The translations under genes were made by a program, and so were the position numbers. The notes below the pieces were generated by a model that was given only the letters and a program-made list of their open reading frames with translations, ran no database searches and was not told the origin of the DNA. This document shows positions 61,301 to 64,000 of a stretch of DNA of 64,000 bases, one piece after another; position 1 is the first letter of the stretch, and every line of letters starts with the position of its first letter. Source of the DNA: Phoronis australis (lineage: Eukaryota; Animalia; Phoronida); NCBI GenBank assembly GCA_002633005.1, contig NMRA01000001.1, positions 3,145,695 to 3,209,694 on the forward strand, read 5' to 3'.

Positions 61301-64000
61301 TTAAGCCATATTAATTTAGAAAAATATATTCATACAGAAAATAGCCATTGAAAATGAACAAATGGTCAAAGGTGTTAATTCATAATATTTTGTATCAATC
61401 ATGCTTAAAGGTATGTAGTACACAGCACTCACTCTGATCTCCTACAATTAAGATGTTACAATCTTCGTCGTAGCTAAGAGCGGTAATGGCCGAACCCTGA
61501 CGTCTCGTAACGGAAATCGTCTGACGAAACAGTCGCCTTTCATTATCCATGGTCCAAAAGCGAATATAAGAATCCTGATGCCCCGTAACCAGCACAGGGT
61601 CAAATGTGTCTACAATCATGTGGTCTTCGGGATCGACGTTGTCCGCATTTTCTTCATCAATAGTCACGTGAACAGCGTTTACTTTGACATCGTCTGCCTT
61701 TTCTTTCGAATTTTCTTCCGTTGAACCTGAAAGCAGAGCGTTAACTAGAGAGCACCCTTATACTGAGGACTTCCATCATCCCATCGCTGAGGATCCGCTT
61801 GATTCTTAAATGGAGTAGAATTTTTACGGGGTGGTAACGGCCCAATGCATGTTCACAGGCTAAAACGTTGAACTTAACTATCTGTTTGGATTGCCAAATA
61901 ACTGACGTAATTTTTTACTACGGGTATTAAATTTTACCTTACAGTTCAAGATTACTGACACACAATTACCTTTCTCTTTTTTCACAACGTCCGATTGGTT
62001 GGGGTCATCAGGTGCTCTATCCCCTGTCACTTGCTTGATATCCCCCTGTGATACTTCTTCTGAGACCTTCAAGGATAAACGATTAACGATTAAATATTTA
62101 AATGCGCATGGTCAGCACAAAGCGAACAAAAAACTGTAATCCCTGTATGTTGACCTTTGTGTCTGATGGAAATTCAAAAAATCTTGAAATAACGTAATAA
62201 ATGAAGAACTGACAAAAATGTTTCTTATTTTACATCCAGGTTCTATTACATTATATTACACCTGTGCACTGGCAGGAGTCCGCTTCGATATGCATAGTGT
62301 ATAATTTATACCACAATATTAGCCTCGAACGGCAGATACAACCGCGTAATAACCCATAAAGTTATCTCACTAATGAGATAACATTTTGGCGGAAAACCGA
62401 GGCCGAATTCGAACCCGGGCCTCAAGAGTTTCGAGCCCCGACTTTACCACTACACCAATCAGCGGCTGGCGTCATCGAACGTGAAAATAGAATACTAAAT
62501 GAGCACGTGCAACAATCGCATGTTCAGCAAAGGGCATTGCACCGACATTTATACGCTATGAAAAATAAGACGCATAATTTCCATAAAAACGATATTTTAA
62601 TTCAGTGAAATTTTTCTCTCGCGTTCTCTCACTTGTAAATCACCCATCTCCAATTTGAATGCGGGTATCGTGTCGTCGGGATCCTTTGACCTGAGCATTG
62701 TACTCAGTTACTAGTGGTTACCTACTTTAGCAGACGATATTTTCCCGGTCGAAGCTTAGCGTGATAAAATGTGTAGTAAGCTATAATAGTTGCTAAACCT
62801 TAATTTTCAGATTCACTTTATTTTTGGTTTTATTTTTCAATTGGTTTTGAGTAAAAGCATTATTTGACAAAAATAGCTCGGCTTTTCTTAAAAGGTCACG
62901 ACCTCCGACTCCGGCCCTCTAACATAGGAAGTAGTTACAAAGCCGAGGAAGGGACGATCAGAAGCTGAGGACGCCTGTGGAGGAAGGTAGATCGATTCAT
63001 TGCAATGTTTCTCGTTCAGCATGTGAAATGAATAGATTATTACATGTTCTCAGTCGTTATCCCCCTTATCTAGTGCCCTCGTGGATTTTGTAGAATTACC
63101 ACCCACGGGGCTAACGCCCCTAGGACGATAATTCTCCAAAATCCACGAGGGCTCTAGATAACGGGGGGTCACGACTTGGCTATTATCTAGCTCTTTTAAA
63201 TGGGCCGGCTGTCACAACGGCCGGCGGGAAAGTATACCTCTCTCCAGCGAATCAATGTCACATTCTAAATAACCGAGTTTGTCCCTAATTGAAGGATAAC
63301 TCTGTCGTTGTGATCTTTCCTACGCAACTCTTACAAATAGACCCAGGTTGTCAAGCTTTATACTGTTTTTCGAACACTCACGATAGTTGGTCGTCGAGAA
63401 TGAGACATGGCGGATTCACGAGCTGGTCGTTCTGTGAGTTCGTCTTCATCGTTATCGTCATCAAAATGTTTCGTTAAGCTCCTGTGGAAATATCAGGAAA
63501 TAATACTTTCATTTGTGTCCTCATGAACTGTGGCAACAGATTCCTTGTGATGTGTATTCAATCCTAGTAAGTATTCAGACAAAAGAACTCTCTATGGAAG
63601 TAGATTTATTCGCGAGTCTTAACTGTTGTTGTAACTGAAGAAAACAGTCAACAAACGACATTTCAATATATAAGCGTTTTCTGAAACATGTCCATGGACA
63701 AACTTGATGAATATTAAAAAAATAACATTTGAAAAGATTAAATTAAGGACAGTTTATTGTTCTCTCCCCTGGAAACTATAAAATGCACGAGAAAGTTTAA
63801 AAACGGATTTAGTTTTAATTTTGAATATATTTTGCGACTTTGGACTTACTTTATGAACGCGGGATCCAGCCGCCTGTTTTTATGTACGAGTACGGCGAGG
63901 CAGTTGCATCTTTTGTCTGGGGCAGATCTACGCCTCGCTGGCCGACTTCGGCTTAACGAAGTTGCTGAACTGGCGTTACTCGACTCCGGTAAGATAAACC
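58336..64000 (-). CDS. WDR64: WD40-repeat protein, WDR64-like, 3' part; 5' end lies beyond the right edge
   Basis: Phase-compatible exons: >64000-63850, 63481-63382, 62066-61970, 61726-61433 (LVTGHQDSYIRFW...ILIVGDQ), 61070-60875 (GYIILWD...SWRAHLTKVVSLQY...SGSTDGSVR), 60622-60505 (VWWGRGGRFVGFYGQPR...LPYDITE), 60235-60141 (KFEYPLIFD), 59962-59782, 59125-59009, 58796-58767, 58371-58336 (stop). The WRAH...DGSVR...GQ-x-R...LP-x-D-x-TE...EYPLIFD series matches WDR64 as I recall it. Confidence 0.8.
62306..63190. mobile_element. Dispersed ~880-bp repeat with tRNA-derived segment and terminal hairpin, copy 2
   Basis: Collinear with 27742-28612. tRNA-like part at ~62390-62468 (minus). Hairpin GCCCTCGTGGATTTTG...CAAAATCCACGAGGGC at ~63075-63152. 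Confidence 0.8.

Overview
AT-rich, intron-containing animal genomic DNA, most like a marine invertebrate (possibly a mollusc or other lophotrochozoan; species not determinable). It is not prokaryotic, so most short ORFs in the supplied track are noise. Five protein-coding genes were reconstructed by hand from GT-AG splice sites and exon phase. (1) The 5' half of MTHFD1, C1-tetrahydrofolate synthase (minus, runs off the left edge); its first two coding exons occur twice, almost certainly as two uncollapsed haplotypes. (2) A RUSC2/iporin-like RUN+SH3 gene (minus, about 1619 aa, with a 3-kb exon and a degenerate SH3). (3) An intronless, apparently secreted, bacterial-type N-formylglutamate-amidohydrolase-like Zn hydrolase (minus). 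(4) A TSSK-family kinase (plus). (5) The 3' part of a WDR64-like gene (minus), tail-to-tail with the kinase and with crossed poly(A) signals. Introns and spacers hold many non-autonomous transposons: pearl/HINE-like Helentron derivatives with higher-order tandem cores, nested fold-back MITEs, a Harbinger MITE carrying a MADF fragment, Kolobok-like pieces with a THAP remnant, a tRNA-containing hairpin element and a decayed LINE. Filled and empty insertion sites are visible side by side at the assembly junctions. I found no convincing new multi-gene system. The best lead is the bacterial-like hydrolase.
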